This document shows positions 1-10,757 of a stretch of DNA of 64,000 nucleotides, in pieces (positions within the stretch are counted from its first letter, which is position 1; each line of letters opens with the position of its first letter). The DNA lies in NCBI GenBank assembly GCA_963676395.1, contig OY781066.1, forward strand, positions 864,001 to 928,000, given 5' to 3'. The translations under genes were made by a program, and so were the position numbers. Below the pieces are notes generated by a model, which was not told the origin of the DNA, made no database searches, and saw only the letters and a program-made list of their open reading frames with translations. This DNA is from a bacterium (GTDB lineage: Bacteria > Fidelibacterota > Fidelibacteria > Fidelibacterales > Fidelibacteraceae).

Positions 1-165
1 CTTACCTCACCGTTTCACCATTACCTTTCACCAAAGCGAAAGGCAGACTGCTCTCTGTTGCGCTTTCCAACCCTCACGGGTTCCTTGTGTTACAAGGCAT
101 CCTGCTCTGCGGAGTTCGGACTTTCCTCACCCCAAATTATGGGGAGCGGTCACCTCTCCGGCTTT
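1..165 (-). ncRNA. rnpB: RNase P RNA, 5' portion (truncated by window edge)
   Basis: Reverse complement reads ...GGTGAGGAAAGTCCGAACTCCGCAGAGCAGGATGCC...GGAAAGCGCAACAGAGAGCAG...GGTGAAACGGTGAGGTAAG, containing the class A RNase P signatures GAGGAAAGUCC and GUGAAACGGUG. Confidence 0.93.
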
Positions 166-168
166 AAG

Positions 169-888
169 CTATTCTTCCTCTTCTTGTTCTGCGGCATAGA
201 GGAAGCGGCCACAGAAATCACAGGTTACAACCTGATTTTTCTTATATATGTCAACCCGCTTCTGGGGTATTACTCGATTATGACAACCACTGCAAGCATC
301 GCGGACCAGCGGAACAACAGCTAAACCTTTTCTTGCTTTACGAACGCGATTATAGACTGAATAATAGTTGCGAGGAACAGCTTTAACCAATTCTTCTCTT
401 TTGCTTTCCAGCTGAGATTTCTCTTCTTCAGTTTCTTTTTGTGTCGCTGCCAAAGAACTTTTAGCTTCAAGAAGATTCTTTTCCATTTCATCAACGGTAG
501 AACCGGATTCATCATGAGCTTTGCTTAAACGTTCGGTTTCGGTCTCCGCCTGTAGAATTTGATCTTCGGCTTCTTTTATAGCTGATTTATTAAAATCGAT
601 CTCTGCAGTCAATGCATCATATTCGCGATTTGTAGTAACCAAATATAATTGTTCTTCATATTTTTTTATCTTTAGCTGTAGATCTTCGATCTTTGCCTGG
701 TTACTGCGAATAGTTGTCGCATTCTCTTCAATACTGGTCGTGCGAATACCGTTCTGGTCTTTTTCATTTTCAATTTGAATTTCAAGTGTCTTTACGGTTT
801 CGGGAAGATCGCCTAATTTCTCAATGAGTTCATCCAGACGAGAATCGAGTTCTTGTAGTTCCACCAGTTGTTGAAGCACTTTTTGCAT
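169..888 (-). CDS. Coiled-coil protein with C-terminal C4 zinc ribbon (DUF164/CT398-like)
   Basis: Long coiled coil, then CSGC...CDFCGRFLY; NREYDAL motif; adjacent to rnpB as is common for this family. Confidence 0.88.
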   Translation of the reverse strand: MQKVLQQLVELQELDSRLDELIEKLGDLPETVKTLEIQIENEKDQNGIRTTSIEENATTIRSNQAKIEDLQLKIKKYEEQLYLVTTNREYDALTAEIDFNKSAIKEAEDQILQAETETERLSKAHDESGSTVDEMEKNLLEAKSSLAATQKETEEEKSQLESKREELVKAVPRNYYSVYNRVRKARKGLAVVPLVRDACSGCHNRVIPQKRVDIYKKNQVVTCDFCGRFLYAAEQEEEE

Positions 889-1195
889 ATTACCTTTCCT
901 CCAAAAATATTATATAAAAAAAACGCACACTTGTTTATGCGCGTTATTTCTTTGCTACCCCGTGGTCAGCCATGTATTTCATGTCTTCCAATTTCTAAAA
1001 AGACCTCATTTTAAAATGAACAATGCAACCTTGTAATATCGTGCTTTTCGTTTTGGATGTCAAATGATAATTTGTTTTTTTAAAATTGAAGTCTTAAACA
1101 AACATCCAAAATTCTTATTGATAATTTATCACTCATTCGTCAACTGACAGCTCTCCCAGCTCCCCTTATTTACCCCACATAATAATTTCTATAAA

Positions 1196-1228
1196 AGGAA
1201 AGGGCGAACATACTAAGTTCGCCCCTAT
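1196..1228 (-). terminator. Probable intrinsic terminator after nrdJb
   Basis: Hairpin GGGCGAAC-atactaa-GTTCGCCC followed by a T-rich tract on the minus strand. Confidence 0.65.
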
Positions 1229-1254
1229 AATTCAGTTTATCTTAATACCTCTTT

Positions 1255-1887
1255 TTACTTATCACACTTGGTATATCCACACTGCACGCAAAATTCACAT
1301 CCATTCTCGAATTTCAACGAGCGGTTATTACACTCAGGACAAATTTTAAAAGTATTGTTATTTGTTGGATCGTTCTCATCATCCGTAATGGTATGCACAG
1401 ATGAAATATCCGTTTTGATCGGTAGCGCTATCTGTTCACCTTGTTCCGGTGTTGCCAGCATGCCTTCATCACGAAAAAAACGTTCGATCACATCGGCGAC
1501 TTCAGAATAAAAAGAATGAATATACTTCCCTTCCTTAAAATAACCGCCATTAGGATCATAGATCGAGCGAAGTTCTTCTAAAATAAATTGAGCGTCACCG
1601 GCACGACGGAAGATCGCTGAGATTAAACGGGTCAGTACTGCGTACTGCGCCGAGTGAGTCAAGTCCTTGGAATTAATAAAGATCTCAATCGGACGCTTGC
1701 GGCCATATTCCATGATGTAACCCAATGTCACGTAAACATTGAATTTCACAAAAGGACTTTTAATTTTATATACCCTGGCATCAACAACATCCGGACGTTT
1801 AAGCGTTAGGGATTGGGGACGCTTTTCAGCTTCTGTTTTTTCGGGTTTCTTTTCACGAATACGATACGATTTACTGTATGTCAACAT
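1255..1887 (-). CDS. nrdJb: Class II RNR C-terminal subunit NrdJb (TSCPD domain + Zn ribbon)
   Basis: RP..V...VYKIKSP, RPIEIFINSK, LTRLISAIFR; C-terminal CPEC..ENGCEFCVQCGYTKC; TAATG overlap with the nrdJa stop. Confidence 0.85.
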   Translation of the reverse strand: MLTYSKSYRIREKKPEKTEAEKRPQSLTLKRPDVVDARVYKIKSPFVKFNVYVTLGYIMEYGRKRPIEIFINSKDLTHSAQYAVLTRLISAIFRRAGDAQFILEELRSIYDPNGGYFKEGKYIHSFYSEVADVIERFFRDEGMLATPEQGEQIALPIKTDISSVHTITDDENDPTNNNTFKICPECNNRSLKFENGCEFCVQCGYTKCDK

Positions 1888-4391
1888 TATACCACCTCTA
1901 TCTCATTTGGGTCTTTTACACCCATTGTCTTTCTAAAATAATGAAAGGGTGTAGATAATGTCCCATCTTCAAGCACCATAATTTCATCACCGGTAAATTC
2001 AACCACTTCATCTTGTGAGATTTGCATTTCAAATTTCTTGTCTTTAAAATCCTGAAATTCTGTTTTTTCACCTTCAACACTCAAGATCGGGAAACGAGAA
2101 CCATCACGATAGATGGTAATTCCTTTTAAACCCTTTGACCATGCATTCAAATAAATACTTGAAATAACCTCGGGCTCAATATCTTCGGGTAGGTTAATTG
2201 TTGATGAAATTGAATGATCAATATATTTCTGACATACAGATTGAATTTCAATTCTACGTTCATGAGAAATAGAATGTGCGGTTCTAAAGAAATACTCAGG
2301 CAGCACATCTTCGAGATCAAATTCTTTCTTAACATCCTTGATTTTATCATTCAGATTATTCAAGTCAAGATATGCCTGTAAAGTTGAATGGAAAACCTGG
2401 AAGAATTGATTGTCAAATGATTCCGCCCTGCGTGTATAGAAAAGAGCGAAAAGAGGTTCAATACCGCCACTAACACCGATATAATTACGCTTACCGATCT
2501 CAAATGATTTAATAATATTCGAGATAGAACCGGTAGGTGCAATAGATGTGATGGCAATATTTCTTAAACCGAATTGAGAAATATGATCTTTAACTTCGGG
2601 ACTCAATGACTCTTCAAAGAAAGGACAATCGGCATATTTTTCATATTCAAAGATTGCTGACTGACCTTTTTCTTTTGCCAATTCAGATGAAGTTTGATAA
2701 GCTGTATTATTAATAAAGCTCATTACCTCTTCCATGGTTTCCACACCCATTTCCGAATCATAATCTATTCCTAATTGGAAAAACATATCCGCTATTCCCA
2801 TAACACCCAAACCTAATCGGCGGGTCTCACTCGCGGCATCGCGTTGTTTTTCCAGAGGGTTCAATGTTTCATTCCATGTAACCACATTATCCAAAAAGCG
2901 AACACATGACCCGGTTGAGATACGCAGTTGCTCCCAATCGATCTTTGCTCTATCACTGAAAGCGTCTTGCACGTAACGACTTAAGTTAATCGAGCCAAGA
3001 TTACAAGCGCCACCATCTTCCAAAGGAACTTCCGCACAAGGGTTTGTGGAAATAATAGGACGGCCGACATAATTGGAGGGTGAATATTTACTCATCTGAG
3101 TCCAAAAAATCAAGCCCGGCTCAGCCGAACGATAGTTAGATTCAACAAACAGATTCCAGATATCCCGTGCCTTCACGAGATTGCGTATTTCGCCCGAAGG
3201 GCCGGAAGCAAAATAAAGCAGGAAATCACCGGAATACTTAATTGCAAGTTCCCAATCATCTTTCCCGACTTCCATAAGATAATCACCGTAAACATCACGT
3301 TTTTGAGGATCATTAAGATCTCCGACTGCAAGTTTCTTACCAAAATGATCATCTAACCAAATATTCAATTTCTTGCTATCGCTAAAGGATTCCATAAACT
3401 CATATTCTTCAATATTCTTACTGGGAATACCCAATGAGTAGTATGTGTTGTCATCTTGTATGGCTTCGGTTAAACGACGTTTATGACGTTTACGATATAC
3501 TAAAATTTTATCAGCACTGAACTTGGCCTGCTCTTCAACGGCTTGCATAAATTCATCTGAAGTTTTAATTGAAATATTTGCAAAACGGATCTGGGTATTT
3601 TCTATAACCTGTTTTTTAATCTCAGACAATTGATCATCGGAATATTTCCCGCTCCAACGAAGCTGTTCAACAATCTGATTGGTTACCCAGTTAGGCGATT
3701 TTTTTACTTTAATAAAATGCATGATATCCGGATGCTTAATATCAATGGTGAGCATCAAGGCACCGCGACGACCGGACTGTCCAATCAAGCCGGTTGTCAT
3801 AGAGAACAAATCCATGAAAGAAACAGCTCCCGTAGAAGAGTCCGCTGCATTATGAACAATAGAATCACGAGGACGCAAGGGTGTGATATCAACACCAATA
3901 CCACCACCATAAGAATATGTTCGCGCACATTCCGCTGCAGTTTTATAAATGGCCTCAATATTATCGGATTCAATACCGGTTACAAAACAGTTCGCCAAAG
4001 TTTTTAAACGATAGAGGTCTCCTGCGCCGGCAAGAACACGACCACCCGCGATCCAGTGCCCTTTAAACAGATCACGATAAAAATGCTCCGCCCATTGCAT
4101 CTGCTTAATCTTTGATGTTTCTTGCGCAGCAATAAACGCAGCTATTCTCATAAAAACATCTTCAGGACGGTGTTCGATAGGCTTACCTGTAATATCCTTT
4201 AAAAAGTATTTCTTCTCATAAATACTTTTTGCCAGCTCATTGTCTCCCAGATAGCTTTCGTGCTCGGGTAAATTCCCGGCTTCAACCTCCGCCTTGAGAT
4301 GCTGATATAAGTTCTGGTAAGAGCGGATTTTTTCTTCCCCGACCATTTTGGTAAACTTACCGCGATACTTAAACATGTTATTAAATGACAT
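1887..4391 (-). CDS. nrdJa: Adenosylcobalamin-dependent ribonucleotide reductase (class II), catalytic subunit
   Basis: LANCFV, GGGIG, GRRGALM, TNPCAE, CNLGSINL, IAPTGSIS, GITIYRDGSR motifs. Start moved to ATG 4391 (MSFNN) because NrdR boxes lie upstream of it. Confidence 0.93.
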   Translation of the reverse strand: MSFNNMFKYRGKFTKMVGEEKIRSYQNLYQHLKAEVEAGNLPEHESYLGDNELAKSIYEKKYFLKDITGKPIEHRPEDVFMRIAAFIAAQETSKIKQMQWAEHFYRDLFKGHWIAGGRVLAGAGDLYRLKTLANCFVTGIESDNIEAIYKTAAECARTYSYGGGIGVDITPLRPRDSIVHNAADSSTGAVSFMDLFSMTTGLIGQSGRRGALMLTIDIKHPDIMHFIKVKKSPNWVTNQIVEQLRWSGKYSDDQLSEIKKQVIENTQIRFANISIKTSDEFMQAVEEQAKFSADKILVYRKRHKRRLTEAIQDDNTYYSLGIPSKNIEEYEFMESFSDSKKLNIWLDDHFGKKLAVGDLNDPQKRDVYGDYLMEVGKDDWELAIKYSGDFLLYFASGPSGEIRNLVKARDIWNLFVESNYRSAEPGLIFWTQMSKYSPSNYVGRPIISTNPCAEVPLEDGGACNLGSINLSRYVQDAFSDRAKIDWEQLRISTGSCVRFLDNVVTWNETLNPLEKQRDAASETRRLGLGVMGIADMFFQLGIDYDSEMGVETMEEVMSFINNTAYQTSSELAKEKGQSAIFEYEKYADCPFFEESLSPEVKDHISQFGLRNIAITSIAPTGSISNIIKSFEIGKRNYIGVSGGIEPLFALFYTRRAESFDNQFFQVFHSTLQAYLDLNNLNDKIKDVKKEFDLEDVLPEYFFRTAHSISHERRIEIQSVCQKYIDHSISSTINLPEDIEPEVISSIYLNAWSKGLKGITIYRDGSRFPILSVEGEKTEFQDFKDKKFEMQISQDEVVEFTGDEIMVLEDGTLSTPFHYFRKTMGVKDPNEIEVV

Positions 4392-4422
4392 CTCTACCCC
4401 AATTTGCTCAATTTTGTTCTTT

Positions 4423-4471
4423 ATACTATATTTTGTGTATCCTTCGTAAGACATAATACAACATGTTGTAC
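4423..4471. promoter_or_regulatory. Tandem NrdR boxes
   Basis: atactatattttgtgt (4423-4438) and atacaacatgttgtac (4456-4471) fit the consensus acaCwAtATaTwGtgt; 33 bp apart, directly upstream of nrdJa. Confidence 0.8.
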
Positions 4472-5033
4472 GTAAAATCAAATTAATTTTTGCTCAATAA
4501 GGTCTGGAAATATTAAATACTCACATTTACAGTAGGTTAGACAACAAAAAAAATCCCAAACAAATCAAGGTGAATTTTTCCGTGTTTTTTCTTGCTTTTT
4601 AGCACAATTTTCTATCTCTCTGTTTTTCTCGAATTTATGGACCATAATGTTTTTTTATATATAATGATATTGAAAAGTGATTATAAAACAGAAAACAAAA
4701 TATTTAAAAAATAATTATTGATGAATAATTAAGAACAAGAGAATAAGGCAACTTGCAAAAATCATAGACAAATCGATAATTCACCGAAATCTTCTGGAAA
4801 AGCATCATAAACAACAACAGATCGGTTCAACGATTTAATAATTGTCTTTTTCAACTGAAAGGTATGAATATATATTAACTACAAAACTCTTTATTTTCAA
4901 TTAATACTCCACTCTCTATCCTCAACGCCCAACCATCTCTTTACGATTTCACTTGACAAGATGAAACAACTTATTTACCTTATGTTACAACGTCGGACTT
5001 TAATATCACAACTGTAATAATAGAGGTTTTTAG

Positions 5034-6332
5034 GTGAGCGAGAATAATACCGCTTTGATTGAGGAAGAGAAAATAGCGCATTATACTATTTCCGATCTAC
5101 ACGAATATAATTTAAAAGAACTCCAAAGTATTGCCCATGGTTTCGAGATACCGGGTGTACAAAATCTTAAGAAAAAAGAATTGGTCTTTAAGATCTTGGC
5201 CTCTCAGGCGGAAAGACAAGGCCATGTTTTTGAAGAAGGTATTATGGAAGTTCTTCCCGATGGATACGGATTTCTCCGTTCCGTTAGATTTTCATACTTA
5301 AGCTCTGATCTTGATGTTTATGTGGCACCAACACAGATTCGTCGTTTCGGACTTAAAACCGGTCATCTTGTTGCCGGCCAGCTTCGTCCACCAAAAGAAG
5401 GTGAAAAGTTCTTTGCACTTTTAAAAGTTGAAGCTATCAACAATCAAGATCCCGCAAAAGCCAAAAGCCTGGAAGCCTTTGAAAATTTAACACCTCTTTA
5501 TCCTGAAGAACGGCTTCACCTCGAACGTTACGACGAAAATGATCTTTCCACTCGTATCATGGATCTCTTGACCCCAATCGGCAAAGGACAGCGTGGACTT
5601 ATCACCGCCCAACCTAAAACCGGAAAGACAATTTTATTACAAAAAATCGCAAATTGCATACTTGCGAATCACCCTGAAGTTATTTTAATGGTATTACTTA
5701 TTGATGAACGCCCCGAAGAAGTTACCGACATGGAACGTCATGTAGGTGCTGAAGTTATAAGTTCTACCTTTGACGAACCACCCGAACGCCATGTACAGGT
5801 ATCCGAGATGGTTCTTGAAAAATCCAAGCGCCTCGTTGAGTATGGCCATGATGTTGTGATCCTTCTTGATAGTATCACTCGTCTTGGACGCGCACACAAC
5901 GCGGTGGTCCCCCACTCCGGCAAGATATTGTCCGGTGGTATCGACAGTAATGCTTTGCATAAGCCAAAGCGTTTCTTTGGGTCAGCCAGGAACATCGAGA
6001 ATGGCGGGAGTCTCACCATTATTGCTACAGCCCTTATAGATACGGGCTCGCGCATGGATGATGTGATTTTCGAAGAATTCAAAGGTACAGGTAACATGGA
6101 ACTCGTACTTGATCGCCGTTTGAGTGATCGACGGATATTCCCATCGATCGACATCAACCGTTCAAGCACACGTAAAGAAGAATTGCTGCTCAGCAAGAAT
6201 GAACTTGCCCGCGTATGGATCTTACGTAAGTTCCTGAATGAAATGAGCCCAATGGAGGCAATGGAGTTCATGATCGATCGTATGAATCATGCTAAGAGCA
6301 ACAAGGAATTCCTACGTACAATGAATTCGTAA
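5034..6332 (+). CDS. rho: Transcription termination factor Rho
   Basis: [51 protein letters not shown] start. Confidence 0.98.
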   Translation: MSENNTALIEEEKIAHYTISDLHEYNLKELQSIAHGFEIPGVQNLKKKELVFKILASQAERQGHVFEEGIMEVLPDGYGFLRSVRFSYLSSDLDVYVAPTQIRRFGLKTGHLVAGQLRPPKEGEKFFALLKVEAINNQDPAKAKSLEAFENLTPLYPEERLHLERYDENDLSTRIMDLLTPIGKGQRGLITAQPKTGKTILLQKIANCILANHPEVILMVLLIDERPEEVTDMERHVGAEVISSTFDEPPERHVQVSEMVLEKSKRLVEYGHDVVILLDSITRLGRAHNAVVPHSGKILSGGIDSNALHKPKRFFGSARNIENGGSLTIIATALIDTGSRMDDVIFEEFKGTGNMELVLDRRLSDRRIFPSIDINRSSTRKEELLLSKNELARVWILRKFLNEMSPMEAMEFMIDRMNHAKSNKEFLRTMNS

Positions 6333-6548
6333 AATGTTGACAAATTACCATTTAACGGAAACAAGATAACTTGAGGGTGACTCCCGGCTTCGCCAAGACT
6401 ATATTGCGCAAGCTCGTCACCCATACTTTTTCGCAGTAGCGCAGAAATTCACTTTATCTTGTAAATCCTGTTATCTATCAGGTTAATCATCCTATTATCC
6501 TGTTTAAAACAGGTAATCCTGTCAACAAAATTCAAAAAGGGTGGTAAT

Positions 6549-8930
6549 ATGAAAATTCTACTTCGCGCTGTGCAGATACTTATTCTGCTGATCGTTATTG
6601 TTTTTCTATCTGGATTACTTTTTATCGATCATATCAATTCACGGGCTCTCCCCGATTACAACAAAGATTTGGATATTGACAATATCTCTTCCCCTGTCGA
6701 AGTGTTTAGAGACGAATACGGCATTCCTCATATTTTTGCCAAAAACGAAGAAGATCTCTATCGGGCGGTAGGTTATGTCATGGCTCAAGATCGCATGTGG
6801 CAAATGGATCTTATCCGTCGCGGTACCACCGGCCAACTGGCCGAAATCTTTGGCGATGACTTGATCGAAACCGACGCTCTCATGAGAGCCTTGCGCATTT
6901 CTGAAAAATCTCAAAAAATCCTCGACAATATGGATGCTGATATAAAATTGACTCTCCGGGCTTTTAGTGATGGAGTAAATCAATATATCCGGGATTACTC
7001 CCGCAAGCTTCCTCTCGAATTTACGATCCTAGGCTACAAACCTGAAACTTGGGAACCTTTACATTCCATCAATATGATTGGTTATATGTCATGGGATCTT
7101 ACCAGTGGTTATCGCTCAAAAATAGATCTTCATAAATTGGTCAAAGTCGCAGGCGAAGAAAAAATCCGCTATTTCCTACCTTCTGAGGGGACTCATTCAA
7201 CCCTCGTTTTTCCAGGATTAAAAGATACCTTAGTCAATTCAGATCTTTATACGGCTTTCGAAAAGCTAAGTGATATGGGATTATCCGGTGTATTTCACGG
7301 ATCTAATAACTGGGCAATCAATAAGCATAAAGTCAACAATGGACGAGCCATCATGTGTAACGACATGCACTTGGGTTTATGGGCACCCGGCATCTGGTAC
7401 CAAATGCACTGTTGCGTTCCGGGAAAATTAGATGTTACGGGAGTTGCCGTACCCGGACAGCCATATATTATTGCAGGACATAACGATAAAATAGCTTGGG
7501 GTATGACCAATGTTGGTTCTGATGACACGGATTTCTACATCGAAAAGCTTAACGAAGATTCTACGCAATATCTCCTGAACGGAGAATGGAAAGACCTGCG
7601 TATTGACAATGAGATCATTAAAAGTAAAACCGGACTCGAAGTTGAGCGCACATTACGCTATACACATCGCGGTCCGATAATTTCTTCCTTCAAGAACATG
7701 AATGAAGCCGCCATATCCATGCGTTGGATTGGCAATGAAGCCAGCAATGAGCTCCTGGGTGTGTATATGCTAAACCGTGCAGACAACTGGGAAGAATTTC
7801 GTACTGCCTGTTCAAATTTCAAATCGGTATCACAGAATATCATTTATGCAGATATCGAAGGTAATATCGGCCTGCAAAACTCTGCCGGTGTTCCATTGAA
7901 AAAGGATCACTTCTATTCCATCTATCCGGGTGACACAGATGAATATGACTGGGAAGGATTGATGGATTTTGAACTACTACCAAACTCTTACAATCCCGAA
8001 AACGGTTTTGTATCGTCAGCCAACAACCGTATTTCAGGAAAATATTATCCTTTCTTTATTTCCCATTGGCCGGATATCCCTTATCGCATCAATCGAATAC
8101 GTCAGCTATTGAATGCAAAAGACAACATGGGTATTGCCGACATGAAAGCCATTCATAACGATCAATATTCCCTTTTGTACGAGGATGTAAAGCCGGCAAT
8201 CGTTCATATTCTTGACACTGAGAAACTCAGCGACCAGGAGGCCAAGGCTTACAGTATTTTTAAAACATTTGATGGTGTATTGGATCGTAATGCGGCAGCT
8301 CCTTGTATTCTTGAAACCTTTTACATAAAATATTTGGAATATTGCCTAAGCGATGAATTAGATTCTCTGCACTATGATATGGCTATGCGTTCCTCATCCT
8401 TTGCCCGCAACTTTGTTGCAAATTCATGGATGCGTGATAAATGCCCTTGGATAGATGACGTTCGAACCGACAAAGTAGAAGATTTTTCCGATATAGTCCT
8501 TCTATCATTTAAGGCCAGTGTACGAGAGCTAAGCGAAAAGCTTGGTGAAAATCCGGAAAAATGGCAATGGGGTGATATTCACCAGCTCACGCTCGAACAT
8601 CCCATTGGCGGTGTAAAAATTCTTGAAAAAGTCTTCAACTTAAATCGTGGACCCTATCGAGTAGATGGCGATCCACTGACCGTTGGCCCCTATGCCTACC
8701 GCTACTACAATCCTTTTAAAGTTGTTCATGGAGCTTCCGAACGTCACATTTACACCACAGACGATTGGGATCGATCCCAAACCGTGATCCCCACCGGCAC
8801 ATCGGGAATCCCAAAAAGCAAACATTATTGTGACCAAAGCGAGATGTATATCAACGGAAAATACCACGACGATCACTTTGGCAAACATTTAATCAGGGCC
8901 AATGCAGTATATAAGATGACAATCAAATAA
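6549..8930 (+). CDS. Penicillin acylase family (Ntn hydrolase) protein
   Basis: RDEYGIPHIFA, AQDRMWQMD, GSNNWAI (catalytic Ser), NDMHL, SANN; N-terminal membrane anchor. Confidence 0.92.
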   Translation: MKILLRAVQILILLIVIVFLSGLLFIDHINSRALPDYNKDLDIDNISSPVEVFRDEYGIPHIFAKNEEDLYRAVGYVMAQDRMWQMDLIRRGTTGQLAEIFGDDLIETDALMRALRISEKSQKILDNMDADIKLTLRAFSDGVNQYIRDYSRKLPLEFTILGYKPETWEPLHSINMIGYMSWDLTSGYRSKIDLHKLVKVAGEEKIRYFLPSEGTHSTLVFPGLKDTLVNSDLYTAFEKLSDMGLSGVFHGSNNWAINKHKVNNGRAIMCNDMHLGLWAPGIWYQMHCCVPGKLDVTGVAVPGQPYIIAGHNDKIAWGMTNVGSDDTDFYIEKLNEDSTQYLLNGEWKDLRIDNEIIKSKTGLEVERTLRYTHRGPIISSFKNMNEAAISMRWIGNEASNELLGVYMLNRADNWEEFRTACSNFKSVSQNIIYADIEGNIGLQNSAGVPLKKDHFYSIYPGDTDEYDWEGLMDFELLPNSYNPENGFVSSANNRISGKYYPFFISHWPDIPYRINRIRQLLNAKDNMGIADMKAIHNDQYSLLYEDVKPAIVHILDTEKLSDQEAKAYSIFKTFDGVLDRNAAAPCILETFYIKYLEYCLSDELDSLHYDMAMRSSSFARNFVANSWMRDKCPWIDDVRTDKVEDFSDIVLLSFKASVRELSEKLGENPEKWQWGDIHQLTLEHPIGGVKILEKVFNLNRGPYRVDGDPLTVGPYAYRYYNPFKVVHGASERHIYTTDDWDRSQTVIPTGTSGIPKSKHYCDQSEMYINGKYHDDHFGKHLIRANAVYKMTIK

Positions 8931-8954
8931 AACAATTACAAATTTCACTAAAAC

Positions 8955-8980
8955 AGCCTCGACAAATCGGGGCTTTTTTA
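8955..8980 (+). terminator. Intrinsic terminator
   Basis: AGCCTCGA-caaa-TCGGGGCT followed by TTTTT. Confidence 0.7.
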
Positions 8981-9142
8981 TTAGAATCCAGAATAGAAGG
9001 ATGTAAAAACGTCACTAAAATTGCTCGCACATCCGAAATTAAAATAATTACCCCCCTTTTGCTTTTGATTATTTAAAAGTTATCATTATTATAAAAGACC
9101 TTGTTATTCTAGAGGTTAACACATAAGAAATTCCAGGCATTT

Positions 9143-10756
9143 ATGAAAAAGAACAAAGTTATTGTCGTTGGTGGTGGTATGTCAGGTTTAACCGCTGCAG
9201 CTTTTCTTGCAAAAGAAGGAATACCTGTAACGGTCATTGAAAAAGAAGATCAGGTTGGCGGACTCGTCTGCTCATTTGAACGTGATGGATACATATTTGA
9301 TGGCGGTCTCCGTGCCGTTGAAAGCTCCGGTTTGATCATGACCATGATCAACGACCTTAAACTTGATGTTAAATTGATCAAAAGCACGGTTTCTCTGGGG
9401 ATAGGCAATACAATTCTTCCCATGAAAGAAACGGATGATATAAAGAATTTTGAAAAACTACTTAAAACCCTTTTCCCAAAAAACTCTGATGAAATCGACA
9501 TCATCATGAACGATATTTATGATGTTATGAAATATACCATGGTACTGCTAGGTGGTGATGCTCCTGTTTACCAGGAAGAGGGAAACAAAGAAAAACCCTC
9601 GGTCAAAGCCATGTTAAAGTGGCTCAAAGAACTTATTAAGGCAATTCCGAAATTAAGGAAATATCGTATATCTGTTGAAGAACATCTGGCAAATATCACA
9701 AACAATCAAGCCTTGATCGATGTTATCATTCAACATTTTTTCGATGGGACACCCGCTTCTTTTGCCTTGAGTTATTTTCTTTTCTATTTTGATTACAACT
9801 ATCCTCGCGGGGGAACCGGAGCGCTTACACAAGACATAGAGCGCTACATAACGGAGCATTCGGGCACCGTGATAAAAAACACCAAAATCGTATCCGTAGA
9901 TCCCGAAGACCAAAGCATTCTTGATAGCAAAGGAATTAAATACGATTATGATCATTTGATATGGACGGCAGATAATAAGTATCTTTATAATATTGTTGAT
10001 ACCGATAAAATCAAAAGTAAAAAAATCAAAAAACCAATTATTGAGAAACAATCGACTGTTAAGGATCTGCGTGGTGCCGAATCAGTCCTGAGTGTGTATC
10101 TTGGTGTTAATAAAGATCCTGAATATTTTGCAAAACGCACAACCGAACATATCTTTTATACACCGGTTGCAGAAGGGTTAAGTGTTGCGAAAGTTGCTGA
10201 TATGCGAAAATGGATAAAAGAGAGCAAACCCGATAGCAGTGAAGAACAAAAAGAATATATTAAAAACTTTCTCAAAAATTATTTTTATTATAACACCTTT
10301 GAAGTTTCATTCCCCGTTTTGCGGGACCCCGAATTGGCACCTAAAGGAAAAACCGGCATGATCGTTTCACTTTTATTTGATTATGACCTATGTAAATTTA
10401 TTCAAGATGCCGGTTGGTACGAAGAATTTAAATTATTCAGCGAAGAGCAAATTATTGACCTTGTTGATAAATTTATTTTTCCTGATCTCAAAGAATCAAT
10501 TGAACTGTGCTTTTCGGCAACACCGTTAACAATACAGCGATACACCGGCACAACAGATGGCGCAATCGTGGGTTGGTCTTTTATGAACGAGCACATGCCT
10601 GTTCCCAACTCTATGATAAGCATGCCTCAGGCTATTAATACCGCCATCCCAAATGTTTATCAAGCCGGGCAGTGGAGTTATAGTCCGGCAGGATTGCCGA
10701 TTTCCTTATTGTCAGGTAAGATCGTGGCCGCTAAGGTAAAGCGAAAATGCAAATAA
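9143..10756 (+). CDS. FAD-dependent oxidoreductase, phytoene desaturase/amine oxidase-like
   Basis: VVGGGMSGL Rossmann motif, GGLVCSFERDGYIFDGG, YPRGGTGAL, C-terminal GQWSYSPAGLP. Confidence 0.8.
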   Translation: MKKNKVIVVGGGMSGLTAAAFLAKEGIPVTVIEKEDQVGGLVCSFERDGYIFDGGLRAVESSGLIMTMINDLKLDVKLIKSTVSLGIGNTILPMKETDDIKNFEKLLKTLFPKNSDEIDIIMNDIYDVMKYTMVLLGGDAPVYQEEGNKEKPSVKAMLKWLKELIKAIPKLRKYRISVEEHLANITNNQALIDVIIQHFFDGTPASFALSYFLFYFDYNYPRGGTGALTQDIERYITEHSGTVIKNTKIVSVDPEDQSILDSKGIKYDYDHLIWTADNKYLYNIVDTDKIKSKKIKKPIIEKQSTVKDLRGAESVLSVYLGVNKDPEYFAKRTTEHIFYTPVAEGLSVAKVADMRKWIKESKPDSSEEQKEYIKNFLKNYFYYNTFEVSFPVLRDPELAPKGKTGMIVSLLFDYDLCKFIQDAGWYEEFKLFSEEQIIDLVDKFIFPDLKESIELCFSATPLTIQRYTGTTDGAIVGWSFMNEHMPVPNSMISMPQAINTAIPNVYQAGQWSYSPAGLPISLLSGKIVAAKVKRKCK

Positions 10757-10757
10757 A

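Noticed and set aside
58..324. 88-aa + strand ORF
   Set aside because: Antisense to rnpB and the Zn-ribbon gene.
3230..3540. Intein in nrdJa
   Set aside because: No splice-junction residues or endonuclease motifs; kept only as an insertion.
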